Positions 49,226 to 61,699 of a DNA stretch of 64,000 bases are shown in pieces. Source of the DNA: Podarcis gaigeae (lineage: Eukaryota); the NCBI GenBank assembly GCA_964106915.2, contig OZ066928.1; one strand, given 5' to 3'. A program made the position numbers and the translations under genes. Below the pieces are notes generated by a model. It was not told where the DNA came from. It saw only the letters and a list, made by a program, of their open reading frames with translations, and made no database searches. How positions within the stretch are numbered: position 1 is the first letter of the stretch; every line of letters begins with the position of its first letter.

Positions 49226-49774
49226 GCTCATGCTGCTCTAGAACAGAAGCCCTGTTCAAGCCTCCATGCACCGCCCTGCTAGGTCATCTAGCTCCACATC
49301 TTCCCCCTCCTCCTTGGGACCCACCTATCCCCTCCATGACATTTTCACAGGACTTGTAAGTGATTTACAAATATGTAAGATACCAAACATCTTGTCTGTC
49401 AAATGACCCAACCAGAAATTAAATGAGCATAGTCCCTGTTACATGATTTCTTAAGATTGAATCTTATTTCCTGGTCAGTAGAGTAGTATGCCCTCCCTAT
49501 GTGTAGCCCCCTAGACATATCTTATTTTGGATCCAAGGCTCCATTCTGCAACTCCTGGATCTTTTCCTTCCCCTTGCTCTGGATGACAGCCCTCTCTCCC
49601 TCTGTTGTTCTTGCCTGTTCCTCCCAGTCCAGATTTGCTGCCCAGATTGGGCTACCACGGTTGTTTGGGTTTTAGGTCTGCTGCCATCAGTGGGGTGCTT
49701 TGCTCTTTTTGCCATTTGCCTCTGTGTGGATTAGCCATTGCCATAGAGTCTGCAGACTTCAGTCCAACATACTG

Positions 49775-49966
49775 TTACGTGCCACCCCAATCTCTGAGAT
49801 TCCAGGGGTTCCAGGCGTGCTTTACATCCAACCCCAATCTCTGAGATTCCAGGGGTTCCAGGCGTGCTTTACATCCAACCCCAATCTCTGAGATTCCAGG
49901 GGTTCCAGGCGTGCTTTACATGCCACCCCAATCTCTGAGATTCCAGGGGTTCCAGGCGTGCTTTAC
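49775..49966. repeat. Minisatellite, 47-bp unit x 4
   Basis: CCCCAATCTCTGAGATTCCAGGGGTTCCAGGCGTGCTTTAC starts at 49785, 49832, 49879 and 49926. Confidence 0.97.
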
Positions 49967-50447
49967 CCAGGGTTTCCTTTTGGAAAATGAGGCATAGCTG
50001 AGACTGTTGTGTATGGTTTATTTACACCCTGGTTATATATACAACCTGAGCCTAAGTTGAAGGGGTTTATAGCATTACACTTCAAGAGGTTCCTGCTTCT
50101 CCCATAGCTGCAGCCCTGGATTCAAACAGACACCAGCCATGGCTCTCTTTCTCTGCTTCCATCTTGCTGTGCTTAACAGACCGTCACCTCCCCACCTCAA
50201 GCTCTTCCTGCCATCTGCAATTCTAAACTATTGCTAACAAACTCAAAGCTGGAGGAGGGGCGCCTCCCAGGAGCCCTTGGCAACGTCTCCTCTCTCTGGC
50301 TTTCCTAATGGCCCATGACCTTCCCTGTGGCTTTGTCTTTGGCTGATTTCCCCAGGTGATTTCCTGAACACAAGAAGCTGGTTTCACCTGTATTTTAAGA
50401 CTTTGCAAAATCCAGTTTCTGGCAACCAATTTTAACACTCCAGACAC

Positions 50448-50515
50448 TGAACCGCTCTGAGACCTCTGGGTATAGGGCGGTATATAAATTCAGTAAATAA
50501 ATAAATAAATAAAAT
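50448..50515 (+). mobile_element. LINE (L2-type) 3' tail
   Basis: TGAACCGCTCTGAGACC...TAGGGCGGTATATAAAT followed by (AAAT)n. Confidence 0.6.
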
Positions 50516-50850
50516 AACTCACATTGGACCCAGGAATTTAAGAGGATCTGGCACCTACAAACCCCTACACCCATGACTCATAACAATACCAAGCTGTTAG
50601 CTTTTGGCTCAAGGTGGAGACCTCCCCCCCCATCCCAGTTGGCACTTTGTCCCAATGGGAAGAAGCTGGGTTTTTTTTTGGGAGATGCATCCTTTATGGG
50701 TTATGCAATTACTCAGTACGTGGATAATTAACAGATGTTACATATTACACCGAGAAGTAATTTTATTGTTAATATTAACATTGCTATTAGATAATGCTGA
50801 TTATATTTTGCACTAAGAGGATTGAAAAAAGGAGATGAGGCGAGTGCTCT

Positions 50851-50997
50851 NNNNNNNNNNNNNNNNNNNNNNNNNNNNNNNNNNNNNNNNNNNNNNNNNN
50901 NNNNNNNNNNNNNNNNNNNNNNNNNNNNNNNNNNNNNNNNNNNNNNNNNNNNNNNNNNNNNNNNNNNNNNNNNNNNNNNNNNNNNNNNNNNNNNNNN
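50851..50997. other. Assembly gap
   Basis: Run of N. Confidence 1.
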
Positions 50998-51313
50998 CCA
51001 TTCCATAGGGGGAGAACAGCTGTGTCAGGGCTAGTGATAGCATTGAATTACTGGGTGCATCTGAGGCAATGTTCACATTGTGGCAATTTCACCTCCTTCA
51101 GTAACAGAACAGGCTGCTTTCTACTTTGATCATGGATGTATATTTTATTTTATTTTAAAGAGGAAGGAAAGAAGACAGAGCTTTGGTTCAAAGTGTGTGT
51201 GTGTGTGTTTAATGCATTCCTGGTGATGATGATATTTTTCTATGAACAGCACTCTGCTGCTTTTAAACAATGAGTTGAAAGATTCCTGTTTGAGCATGGT
51301 TGATAATGTAGAA

Positions 51314-51724
51314 CAGTGGTTCTGAAGGCAGGAGTTGAGATTACCTGGGGAGGCTGCTAAGAGGCATGGAGGCAGCAGGGGGCCGCTGAAGGTGTAAATG
51401 ACTATCAGACTTTGAAGAGCTGGCATTGCTGGATCAAGTTCATCAGTTTAGTTGAATTAATTAAACCTAATAGTTTTAACTGGGTTTTGAATAAATGTGC
51501 AGTTAAGTGTTACAGTTCTGAGTTTTAGTTGGTCAAGCAAACTGCTATTCTAAATAATGCATTTATTTATTTATTTATTTATTTATTCATTCATTCATTC
51601 ATTCATACCACACCTTTTTCGCAATTGGAACTCAATATGGCTTTCATATGGTAGGGTAGGAGGCACTGGGGATGAGCTTATGGAACCAAGGGGACAGTGG
51701 CCCCAGAAAGTATAGGAACCACTG
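51314..51724. mobile_element. Old hAT-like element, inverted relative to the 47653 copy
   Basis: CAGTGGTTC...GGAACCACTG termini; shares its core with 47653-48010. Confidence 0.6.
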
Positions 51725-52726
51725 GCATAGATGGGGAACCTTTTTCATCCTGAGCACCACACTTCCTTAAGGGGAACTTTCCAGAGGGACACATGCCAGT
51801 GGTGGGCGGGGCCAAAGGCAAAAGTGAGTGGAGCTAGAAGGAAAAGTGGGAGGAGCAACAGGTGTGTCTTTCACCTTTGACAGTAGGCTGCATTTTAGCC
51901 ACACAAAACTCAAAAGATTTCTAAATACACACATCTTTCTCTCTCCCTCTCTCCTAATTTAGGTAATCAAGAAGCATCATCATAGTCCCAGGATACAATC
52001 CGGACAGGCTTAACATTCTAGGTAGGTGTGGAGTTCATCTTGCCAAATCTCTGTGTTTGCACAATGTTTGGGAAAGTGTTAATTAGAAATGTGAACTGAA
52101 TGAAATTTCTCACCCATTCCCAGGTGGAAGGAGCCCCAAATGGAGCTAGGTGGGATTTAGGGAAAAACTAGAAATGGGCTTTTGAGAGTAGTTGTCTGCT
52201 TTCTAATTGGTTTATTCTGACCTTAAGTATTATTATCTCATAGTGGTGGTGATCCAGGGGAAATCATATATTTGTTGTTTGATTCTGACAATTTAGTGAC
52301 ACAGTCGTGAGATTTGCAGCAGCTGCCCAAAAACCGAGGAGAAATTTTAGTAAGGTTAATATTGTGAATTGCAATGTGTGTTATTTTAATGTGTTGGTTT
52401 CTTTCACCTTTCATATTTAGATATTTTCTCATTTTTTAACCTTTATTGTTATCATCATCATCAGTGCTTTTTTCCCCTAAAAAAATGTTTTAGGGGTACT
52501 CTCCTTAAACACTCGCTTCTGTCTGAAACTCAGGAAACACCATGACAGGAAATGAGGCCACCATCGGGGGTATCAACAGAACTGATGGTTCACCATTCTA
52601 GAGAAGAAACTATTTTTTTTTTTTTAAAGATTCAGTTTATTGATTCACAAAATGTTTAGGGGTATGCGTACCCATGCTTCCCTCCAGAAAAAAACATGGA
52701 TTATTATTATTATTAGTAGTAGTATA

Positions 52727-53076
52727 AAAGGTAAAGGGACCCCTGACCATTAGGTCCATTCATGGACGACTCTGGGGTTGGGGTGCTCATTTTGCTTTAC
52801 TGGCCGAGGGAGTCGGCGTACAGCTTCCAGGTCATGTGGCCAGCATGACTAAGCCGCTTCTGGCAAACCAGAGCAGCGCACAGAAACGCTGTTTACCTTC
52901 CCGCCGGAGCGGTAACTATTTATCTACTTGCACTGTGTGCTTTTAAACTGCTAGGTTGGCAGGAGCTGGGACAGAGCAATGGGAGCTAACTCTGTTGCGG
53001 GGATTCGAACCACTGACCTTCTGATTGGCAAGCCCAAGAGGCTCTGTGGTTTAACCCACAGCACCACCCACGTCCC
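52727..53076 (-). mobile_element. Sauria SINE, full length
   Basis: Family head and tail; TSD AGTAGTAGTATA at 52715-52726 and 53081-53092. Confidence 0.95.
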
Positions 53077-54813
53077 TCCCAGTAGTAGTATAGAGTAATG
53101 TAACATTATATTTTGGTTGGTGCTGTTCTTTAATATTGTGTTAGTGCATATATTTTTTCTGTGGTTGATATGACCATGATGGTCAACAAAACATCAGTAA
53201 GTTAAACATATTTGGTGATGTGCACATTGACACTGCTAATTTAATTAGAATAGTATACTTGCTAAGGAGGAAGACACAATGTTTAATCTCTAAAAAGAGA
53301 CATGCTTTTTTTGTCCTACAAGTTTCTGTCCATGCCTTAGAGAGGGAAGGATGCAGGAAAGGGAAGGCACTCTGTGCATGCTCAGTCAGGCACTTTTACT
53401 CTATTCTCACTGTCTAGAAGAAATGCTTATTGGTTACCAAGCCTAGACAGTTTGCTGACTCCTGGTTAGGTTCATTTTGACACAATTGCATAACAACACG
53501 AAAGTTGTCGAGCTTTTTTTTTGGCAAAGGAAACATCGGTTTCCGACTGCATTATTCCAGCTATGTCTGGGAAATTGCAGACATATGGAAACCTTCGCAT
53601 AACAGCCATTTCCAAAATTACAATGCTAGTTTAACACAACTGCATCAGGGTAAATATATTAATGAGACATTCTTGCTGCCATGAGTTTGCAAAAGGGAAT
53701 TGCAGCATTCAAGCACCCAATAATATGGTAAACCTTGCTGTCATGTAGCTTGAGGTGACACAGGAAAACAAATGTAATTGTCATGCCTTCTTGTGCATCC
53801 TCTCGCATGTATGTTCTCAGCAACCAACAAGACCCTTTAGTGCAAGGTCCTTTTCTAACAGCACATCAGTAGTAAGAACATACAATGAAAATCACAGCAA
53901 AGGAATAATTACGAAACACACACACCAAACAGCTGCATTGAGTTGAATAACAGATTTAGAAAATGCAGACTTTAATTAATCTGTGTTTTCTGCTGGGATT
54001 TCAGTACCATCTGATTTGCCTTTCATGGATGAAAAGTATAATTGTAGCTCCCCCCCAACACCACCTCCTTGTAGTTGCAAGTTTATCCTCCCAAGAAATT
54101 GATTCAGTTCTTCTGTTTCCTAAAGAAAGCTCAATATGAAACTAATAGTACATGGTGCAAGGCACAGATAATGGACTAGGTCTAAATGCCAGCATCGTCA
54201 GAAAGCTGGAGCAAGCGCTGCGACGTGAGGCTTTCGGAAGTGCCTCCTGTCAGTGCTGTCCGTTAACAGTTTGACATGCTGGTTTATGGATCCAGAGCTA
54301 CGTCTTAAGAAATGGCATTGGTGTGGAACTTACCACTCAGTAGAATGAATTGCTTGTGCAGTAGGCCAGTTTTAAAAAAGCAGCAGCATATAAAAAATTA
54401 TTCTTGGAGAGGGCCTTGATCTAACATGCAGGCAGGTGTTAGTGTCAGCTTGGACTTAAGGGTTCAGCTGGCAGCAAAAATCGTTTGCTCGCTGGTACAG
54501 AACTGAACTTGGGCCATAGGGCACAAAAGCCTTAATACTGTGGAATTTCAGTGCAGCAATATGGCCATCTCAAATGGAAGTATTCACAAGTAATTTCACT
54601 GTTAGGAAAGATCAACGTCAGTTTTGTTGTGCCAGTTGTCTGTTCTCATTCCCAATATTCAATCACACTAGCACAGGGCTTCCCAACATTTGGCAGCATA
54701 TTTGGAATTCTGAGTGTGTGTTTGTGGACGCAGCCACAAAATGATTGCTGTGAATGTGTGTCTGTTCACAAAATGGCCACTGCGGTAGGAGAGGCAAGTC
54801 ACAAAAACATCAG

Positions 54814-54879
54814 GCAAATTGGTGAGAATAAAAGACAAGTAGTTTGCAAATTGGTGAGAATAAAAGACAAGTAGTTTGC
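54814..54879. repeat. Perfect 32-bp tandem duplication
   Basis: GCAAATTGGTGAGAATAAAAGACAAGTAGTTT x2, followed by GC. Confidence 0.95.
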
Positions 54880-55453
54880 CTAATAGCCTAAGTGCAAGGC
54901 AAGGTGGGTGTGAACTGCAAAACACAAAACCACATGGAACCTATCTGCTCCATCAGTGAACCCATTTCACAGAAACATGCTAAGTAATTCCTCTAAAATA
55001 CTTCTGAATAAAATCTTCAAAAATGTATTTGTTTGCCTCAGGTTAATAGGAAAACCATCCCCAAATCTATTTCCCATTTATTCATAACCAAGTCAATTCC
55101 TGTTTAATTTTCAGTCTACTCATTTCTCCTTCAAGCCAACTTCCACCTACTCCAGTCTCCTCCTCCTCTCCAAACCACAAACCAAGCACACACTCTCTTT
55201 TCCTCCTAGAAATCACCACCACCTGCACATACCTTTTATTTCAACACGAACACACACACACCTTTTGTCACTCAGTCCGAAACATACACATTATCTCTCT
55301 CTCACTGTGACCCGCCACTCTCCCACACATCATATGCACAACATATGTTTAAAGCACTTTTATACCACTTGAACAGCTTCCCATGTTAAGAGTGCAAGGA
55401 ATGGTAGCCCTATGAGGGGAGTGCCAGCAACTCTCAGTACCCTTAACAAACTA

Positions 55454-55696
55454 CAGTCATACCTTGGGTTACAGATGTTTCAGGTTGTGTTTTTTTGGGT
55501 TACGGACGCACCAAAACCCAGAACTAGTTACGCCAAAACCCAGAACGGGTTACTTCCGGGCTTCAGCAGTCACACATGCGCAGAAGCGCCGAATCGCAAC
55601 CTGCGTGTGCACACAAGTGGCGCTGCAGGGTGCGAACGCTGCGGGTTGTGAACATTCTTCCCACATGGATCACGTTCACAACTTGAGCATCCACTG
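55454..55696. mobile_element. Tc1/mariner (Tigger-like) MITE
   Basis: TA-CAGT...ACTG-TA termini; CpG-rich interior with internal CAGGTT/AACC repeats. Confidence 0.75.
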
Positions 55697-56826
55697 TACT
55701 GTCTCCAGGTTTCTTGCGGAGCGGGTGGAGATAAAGAGACACTATTACTGGTAAAGCCTTCTAAGAATACCTTGACTGGATGGTTCAGGTGTACCTACAG
55801 ACATGTCTCTCCTTTCTCCATCTTCTCCCCTGCCTTGGAAGCCCCCTCCCCCATTCTCCCACACTCCCATGCATTCTCGTTGCTTCCCACTGTCGCCCCC
55901 CCCTAACCCTCAAGCTTACAAGGCAGCAACAATGGTGGGTCCAGCCTGTGGAGAGCAGGTGCCTCAGCATATTTAAGGGCTTTCATGTAGCCATTGCCTT
56001 TAAATGGCTGAAATTCAGACTTAATTGTTTATTTAGAGATGTATGCCAAGAGATGTATATATATATTAGGGTAGGGGGCAATGGAGCTTGGTATATGGAA
56101 CTACAGTACTGCACCATGCTGGCTCTACCGATTTCTCATATTGAAAGTTTTGTCCTGCAACTAATTGACTTTACAAGGAATCAACATGACACTTAAAATC
56201 AATGTTTATTTTCATCTGGTATGCATAATTTTTAGGCATTGCATTAAAATCATCACAATCATTTAAGACTTTTTAACACCGTCAAAAATAGAGGAAGTTG
56301 GTGTGAGTTTTGACGTTTAAAGTAAGGGCTTCATGTGCAAAGCCAAACATCTAGTCCAGTGTTAGGCACCCCATTTATATTCAGAGTGTAATTTCAGATG
56401 GCTGCTAATCTGAACAAGATAAAAAAAAATCATCTTGATGGACTTCAAAACTTGTTTTAATTAAGTTTCCCCTTTCATCTTACCAAAGCCCTGCATTAGT
56501 TTCTGCATTCTCTCACACAGATAAATGGGAGAAGTCCCAATTACAGAAAGACATGCACAGTCCCAACGCCACTCCCCGCCCAACAGAAGGAAGGCCAAAC
56601 CAGGATTATTAACTCTGTTTTCTTGCCACTTGAGACATTAATATTGCAGAACCCCTGAGAAAGGGGGGAGCAGTTATACAGACAGTGACTGGGAACATTG
56701 TGAAGCCACTGTGAATGAGTGGCTGAGCCAGTCCATTTATTATAGAAATCCTTTGGAAACAAGGGTATATCAAAAGGGGTGTGCAGGTGAGGGAAGCTGG
56801 ACCCTTCCTTTCCCATGCCTTAGAAC

Positions 56827-56995
56827 CTATAGCTCAGTGGTAGAGCATCTGCTTTGTGCGTAGAAGATTCCCAGGCCAATCCCTGGCATCTCTAGGTAGG
56901 ACTAGAAATGTTCCCTGTCTGAAACCTTGGAGAGCTGCTGCCAGTTAGTTTAGGCAAAACTGAGCTAGTATGACACAGTATAAACCACCTTCCTA
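56827..56995 (+). mobile_element. tRNA-derived SINE (Squam3-like)
   Basis: TATAGCTCAGTGGTAGAGCATCTGCTTTG...AATCCCTGGCATCTC head plus the family body. Confidence 0.8.
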
Positions 56996-57509
56996 CCTGA
57001 GCCTGTGTCCCCCTTGCTTTCTATGTAAACAGGGCACATATATGCTATGGTGATGAGTGGGACACCCAGCTTTATGCATATTACACCAGTGTTAAAATAC
57101 TGACATTGCCTGCCTGCTAGCTGCTGAACCACGTTCAAGTTCAGCATTCTAGCACAAGAGCGCTGTCCTCTCCTGAAATTTCCAGCAGCTGGTATTCAGA
57201 CGCATTGTATTGGTAGAGCAATTGAACCATTCAGGAAAGCGAGAGGCATTATCAGAGTCCAGGGACACTTCCCAGCCACACAGTGGTGTGGCCTGTAGAG
57301 AGTTCTGGGAGCCAGATAGTGGGCCATTTGTCCCCTGGGCCTGAGGGGACATCTTCTGGTGGGTAGGGGGAGATGCGGGAGAAACACTGTGCTTGCCCTT
57401 AAGGCACAGCAGCTTACTTTCTTACCTAGGAGCTTTCACAAGTCGGCTGCACACAGTAGTTCCAGCTTTCTGAGTTTATGTATAAAAGTGGCAAGGGGGT
57501 TGCTAGGTA

Positions 57510-57767
57510 CAGTGGTACCCCAGGTTACATACGCTTCAGGTTACATACGCTTCAGGTTACATACGCTTCAGGTTACAGACTCTGCTAACCCAGAAATAGT
57601 GCTTCAGGTTAAGAACTTTGCTTCAGGATGAGAACAGAAATCATGCTCCGGCGGCACGGCGGTAGCAGGAGGCCCCATTAGCTAAAGTGGTGCTTCAGGT
57701 TAAGAACAGTTTCAGGTTAAGTACAGACCTCCGGAACGAATTAAGTACTTAACCCGAGGTACCACTG
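57510..57767. mobile_element. Tc1/mariner (Tigger-like) MITE with an internal 16-bp tandem repeat x3
   Basis: TIR CAGTGGTACC / GGTACCACTG; TA on the left and TG on the right; (CAGGTTACATACGCTT)x3. Confidence 0.88.
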
Positions 57768-58099
57768 TGTCCATTCCATCAGCTTCAGGGTCTCTTTGGA
57801 GTATTGCCAACAGACCTTTCAGGAAATCTTTTTTTAATGCTCCCAGTTTCCTTTTAATGTCATTTGTATGAATTGTTAACTTTGAATTGTTAGTGTTATA
57901 GTGATACTATTTTTTAAAAATGTATTATGTCTACTGCACTATTTGACCAATAATTTCCTGTAAGCTGCTTTGAGAACAAATGCATCTGTGGGAAATGCAG
58001 CGTATAAATGATCTATGACTAAACCCTGAGAAATGTGTGATAAATGAAAGGCAAAGTCAGCCCACAATTAAAAATAAATAAATAATAATAATTAAAGGT

Positions 58100-58190
58100 T
58101 ATCAAAGGCAACCTCTTCATTTGGCCCACCTAAATGCCACATTGATTATTTGCATGATTTCAGGTTGTCCAGACTCCTTCATCAGGCATC
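58100..58190 (-). mobile_element. Degenerate Penelope-like pLTR with a hammerhead-like core
   Basis: The minus strand reads CCTGATGAAGGAGTCTGGACAACCTGAAATC. Confidence 0.4.
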
Positions 58191-59249
58191 ATGGTAAACA
58201 AAGCAATGGGTGGGAGGTCACATATAGAAGGCAAAATATAAATTAATAACTAGTAATATATTTATCAGTCCTAGTGGTTGATGAGAGCTGTTGCCGCCAA
58301 GCCCTGCTTGTAAGCTTCTGAGAAACAGCTGGTTGTCTGTTCTTAGCCACAGGCCACTGGACTAGATGGACCTGCTTCCTGAACCAGCAAGAGCTTCCTA
58401 TGTTCTTATGCAAAGCGCAGGGGTCTTATTTTCTCCTCCTCTTAACTTATCTGCTTTTCTGATAACTATTGCTGCCTCCCCTGCCCACCCACCTGATCCT
58501 CTGTCCCTTGTCTCCTAGTGTAATGCTATGTTCTTGCAACATAACACAGGTGACTGCATTTTGTTAGGAAAGTGTCAGCTACATTTGTCAGGATAATGGT
58601 TCCTAAGCATTTCCTACAGGGCCCACCAACCATTGGCATTTGATCCAGGCAGCTGATTTTGTTGGTTCTGATTGCTACTGTTCATCTTTTGGTTGTTGAG
58701 TTAGGGTTTTGTTTTGATTCATCATTGTACTATGTCTTCAATGCTGGGAAGGCATCTAATATATAATTATAATAAGTTAACAAAAAGCATCATTCTGTGC
58801 CCATTGTGATGCGATGCCTGACAGTTCCCACCCATGATGTGGAGGTGAAATTTCTTTCGCTTCCGAGACAGCAAGGTCCCCAGTGAACCTGAAGGGATGC
58901 TGAGTAGATTTATAAGCCACAGGACAAAGGTGATGTGCAAATGCCTTATTAAATGACCCACATAAGTCATGTAAGATCTTCTCCCCTAAGCAGGCATTTG
59001 ATACAGAGTAAAGCAAGAGTGGTCTCATTTTAGTCAAGAATATAAAATAATTGTGTCGTTACATAATCCCCATCAGAGGATTTGCAGGGGCTCATCATAG
59101 TCCTGTATCTGCACAAATTTGGGGTGGAGTGGGGTGAAAGTAACAAAAGACAAGGCAGGTTGCACAACATCGGTGGCTATGGCCTAAGGGAGGGACGTTA
59201 AAATTGTGGGAGAGATCCTCCACATAGTGTGTTTTACTCCTGGAATCAA

Positions 59250-59905
59250 GGGTTGTCTTCAGCATGAAGTACCAGATCCAATGCAGTAATTTACACAGGT
59301 ATTTTATTTGCAAGCAAACACCCATATATGCACAACACACATCAGCTGAACTCAACCTTCTCTTAACTGAACAAGGTACAGTAACTGGCAGCCTAGCTCT
59401 TAACATTCTGTTCATTTCAAAGATACAGTAACATATATAATGTAACATATATCCTCCCGGGTGTGTGTGCAAAGGGGTGTTGCATAATAGGAGAGAGGAG
59501 GAGGCATGGAGTTTTGAAAAAGTAGACAATGACAATGACAATAATCCACCAACAGCATACAAATCAATATGGCTAACCTGATCCTAAACACCCACCCACC
59601 CCACTCACACACGAAAACAAAAATCACCACAGCCAATCACAAACAAACAACCACACCCTAGGCCAACCCCAACCTCTCTCACCACCAAAGGAACACAAAT
59701 GAACAGCACAAGCAACACTGACACCAAACCCTACATATATTAAGCAAAATAGAAACATCACCACCCGGCCCCCCCATTTCCCCCCTCCCCCTCCCTCCCA
59801 ATGTCTCAACAAATGAAACTGATTTGTAAAAATGTTACATGGAAAAAATACGAGAGACATTACACATACTTCTGTAAAACAAGAAATGTTTTAATTAAAA
59901 AAAAG
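59250..59905 (+). mobile_element. Probable LINE (L1/Tx1-like) 3' UTR fragment
   Basis: Strongly C/A-skewed block, opposite to the local skew, ending in TTAATTAAAAAAAA. Confidence 0.4.
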
Positions 59906-61556
59906 GAGGGAGTATGAAGCATGGGATTGAAAGAAGGAACTGCAGGATAGGAAGGGATGGTGGCTACATACTTCGGCAGAAGTGAAAAGTTTGCTTAGTA
60001 GTTGCAGCTCATAGCAGGAGGAACACAAAGGAGGTCACCAGGAGGGTGGTCTGTGCACAGGGGTGGGTTGCACAAAAGGAGGAGGCATGGACATGGGGAT
60101 GAAGGTAAAAATGGGTGAAAAGTAGGACTGCAGAGCAGAAAAGGGAAATGACTTCCAAAATGGGGTTGGGGAGGTGAAAAGCAAGCTTAATAGTTGCATG
60201 TTGTGGGGAAGCAGAAAGCTCTAGGTGGTTAATATGGAGCGACTGGCCAGGGGGTTCATGAGTAGAGCGAGCAGGGACACAGCCCTTAGTAAATGTAATG
60301 AATGATATCTAGCCTGTCATTTCCTGTTTCCCACAGTGGCCAACCATACACCTCTGGAAAGCCCAGGAGAATGGCATGAACACAGCACAAGCCCTCTCCC
60401 ACTGCTGTATTCATAGACATAGTGTCCATCCTGGATGTAGCATACTGCCATCATGATTAGTAGCCTTGACAACCTTACAATACCCAAATTAATCTCCTTA
60501 GAGCAGGGGTAACTATTATGGTGCCTTCTCTATGTTGTGGATTGCAGTCTCACCATCCCTGGGGCTGTTGGAAGTTGCAATCTACAACATATGGAGAGCA
60601 CCACATTGGCTACCACTGCCTTGGAAGAAGAGGAATGCTGATTATGTGGTTGTGGCAGTGCTGCTTTCACCTGCAACCCCACTTCTGTCCTGGGATTCCA
60701 AGACTTTCTAATGGTCCCTCCAAGTGGGCATGTTGCAGCCACCTTGCTGAAGTTAAGTGGGCCTCATTCTGGGTGGTATGTCACCTGGGAACTTCAAGTA
60801 CACCAACTTGAGTTCCAACTTGAGAGATAGGATTCAGACTAAATAAATAGAACAGGAAATGTTAAGCAGTGGCCTTAAAGGGGGGAGGGAGCTCCCTCCT
60901 GCAGTAATCATTGTAAACATTTAACTGTGGCTGGTTTCGAATTATTGGGTCATGTTTTATAGATGGGAGGGCTTGGCTCCAAAGGTTAGGGATCATAGTC
61001 AAGGATCATTACAAGGAAAAGCTTGGTGACAGAACCATGATTAGAAGCAATCATTTCCTGACACTTCAAAGACCTATCTGCGTTTCTTTTTGATCTTGGT
61101 CAGGAAATTCTTTTGTCTCCAAAAATCAAACAGCAGCCTAGAAGACTACTGCTGCCTTGGGGTCTAAAGATTTCTGAGTGCTTAAAATGCACCACGGGAG
61201 AGTCTTTCCCGCACCCCACCCTTATGGACAATAAACCGTAGCAGATTGTACTGGCACCCTAGCCCTGATACCATGATGGCCTACTGCCTGAGAACTAGTT
61301 CAAAGTAATTATATGCCACGGGATTCATTCACAAGGAGCCATAAGTGCCATCATGTTATGTTTTTGCATTATTTCTCTTTGCACAAGGCAGAAGCTGGGT
61401 AAGGGGAAAATGTAATCCTAAAGGAAAAGAGGATTGTCGTAATTGTGTTCCTGTGTGTCTTCAGATTCATCTAAGACCTGAAGTTATGTTTACTTGTTGC
61501 TTGGCAATACCCATCTTAAAGTATCACCACCATAACAACTTCCTTTCTCTTCTTCC

Positions 61557-61699
61557 NNNNNNNNNNNNNNNNNNNNNNNNNNNNNNNNNNNNNNNNNNNN
61601 NNNNNNNNNNNNNNNNNNNNNNNNNNNNNNNNNNNNNNNNNNNNNNNNNNNNNNNNNNNNNNNNNNNNNNNNNNNNNNNNNNNNNNNNNNNNNNNNNNN
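61557..61699. other. Assembly gap
   Basis: Run of N. Confidence 1.

Noticed and set aside
49775-49966. CRISPR-like array
   Set aside because: The units are head-to-tail with no unique spacers and there are no cas genes; it is a simple minisatellite.
36113-56995. tRNA-Ala genes at ~36120, ~42667 and ~56828
   Set aside because: The cloverleafs are degenerate and continue into a shared SINE body, so these are SINE heads.
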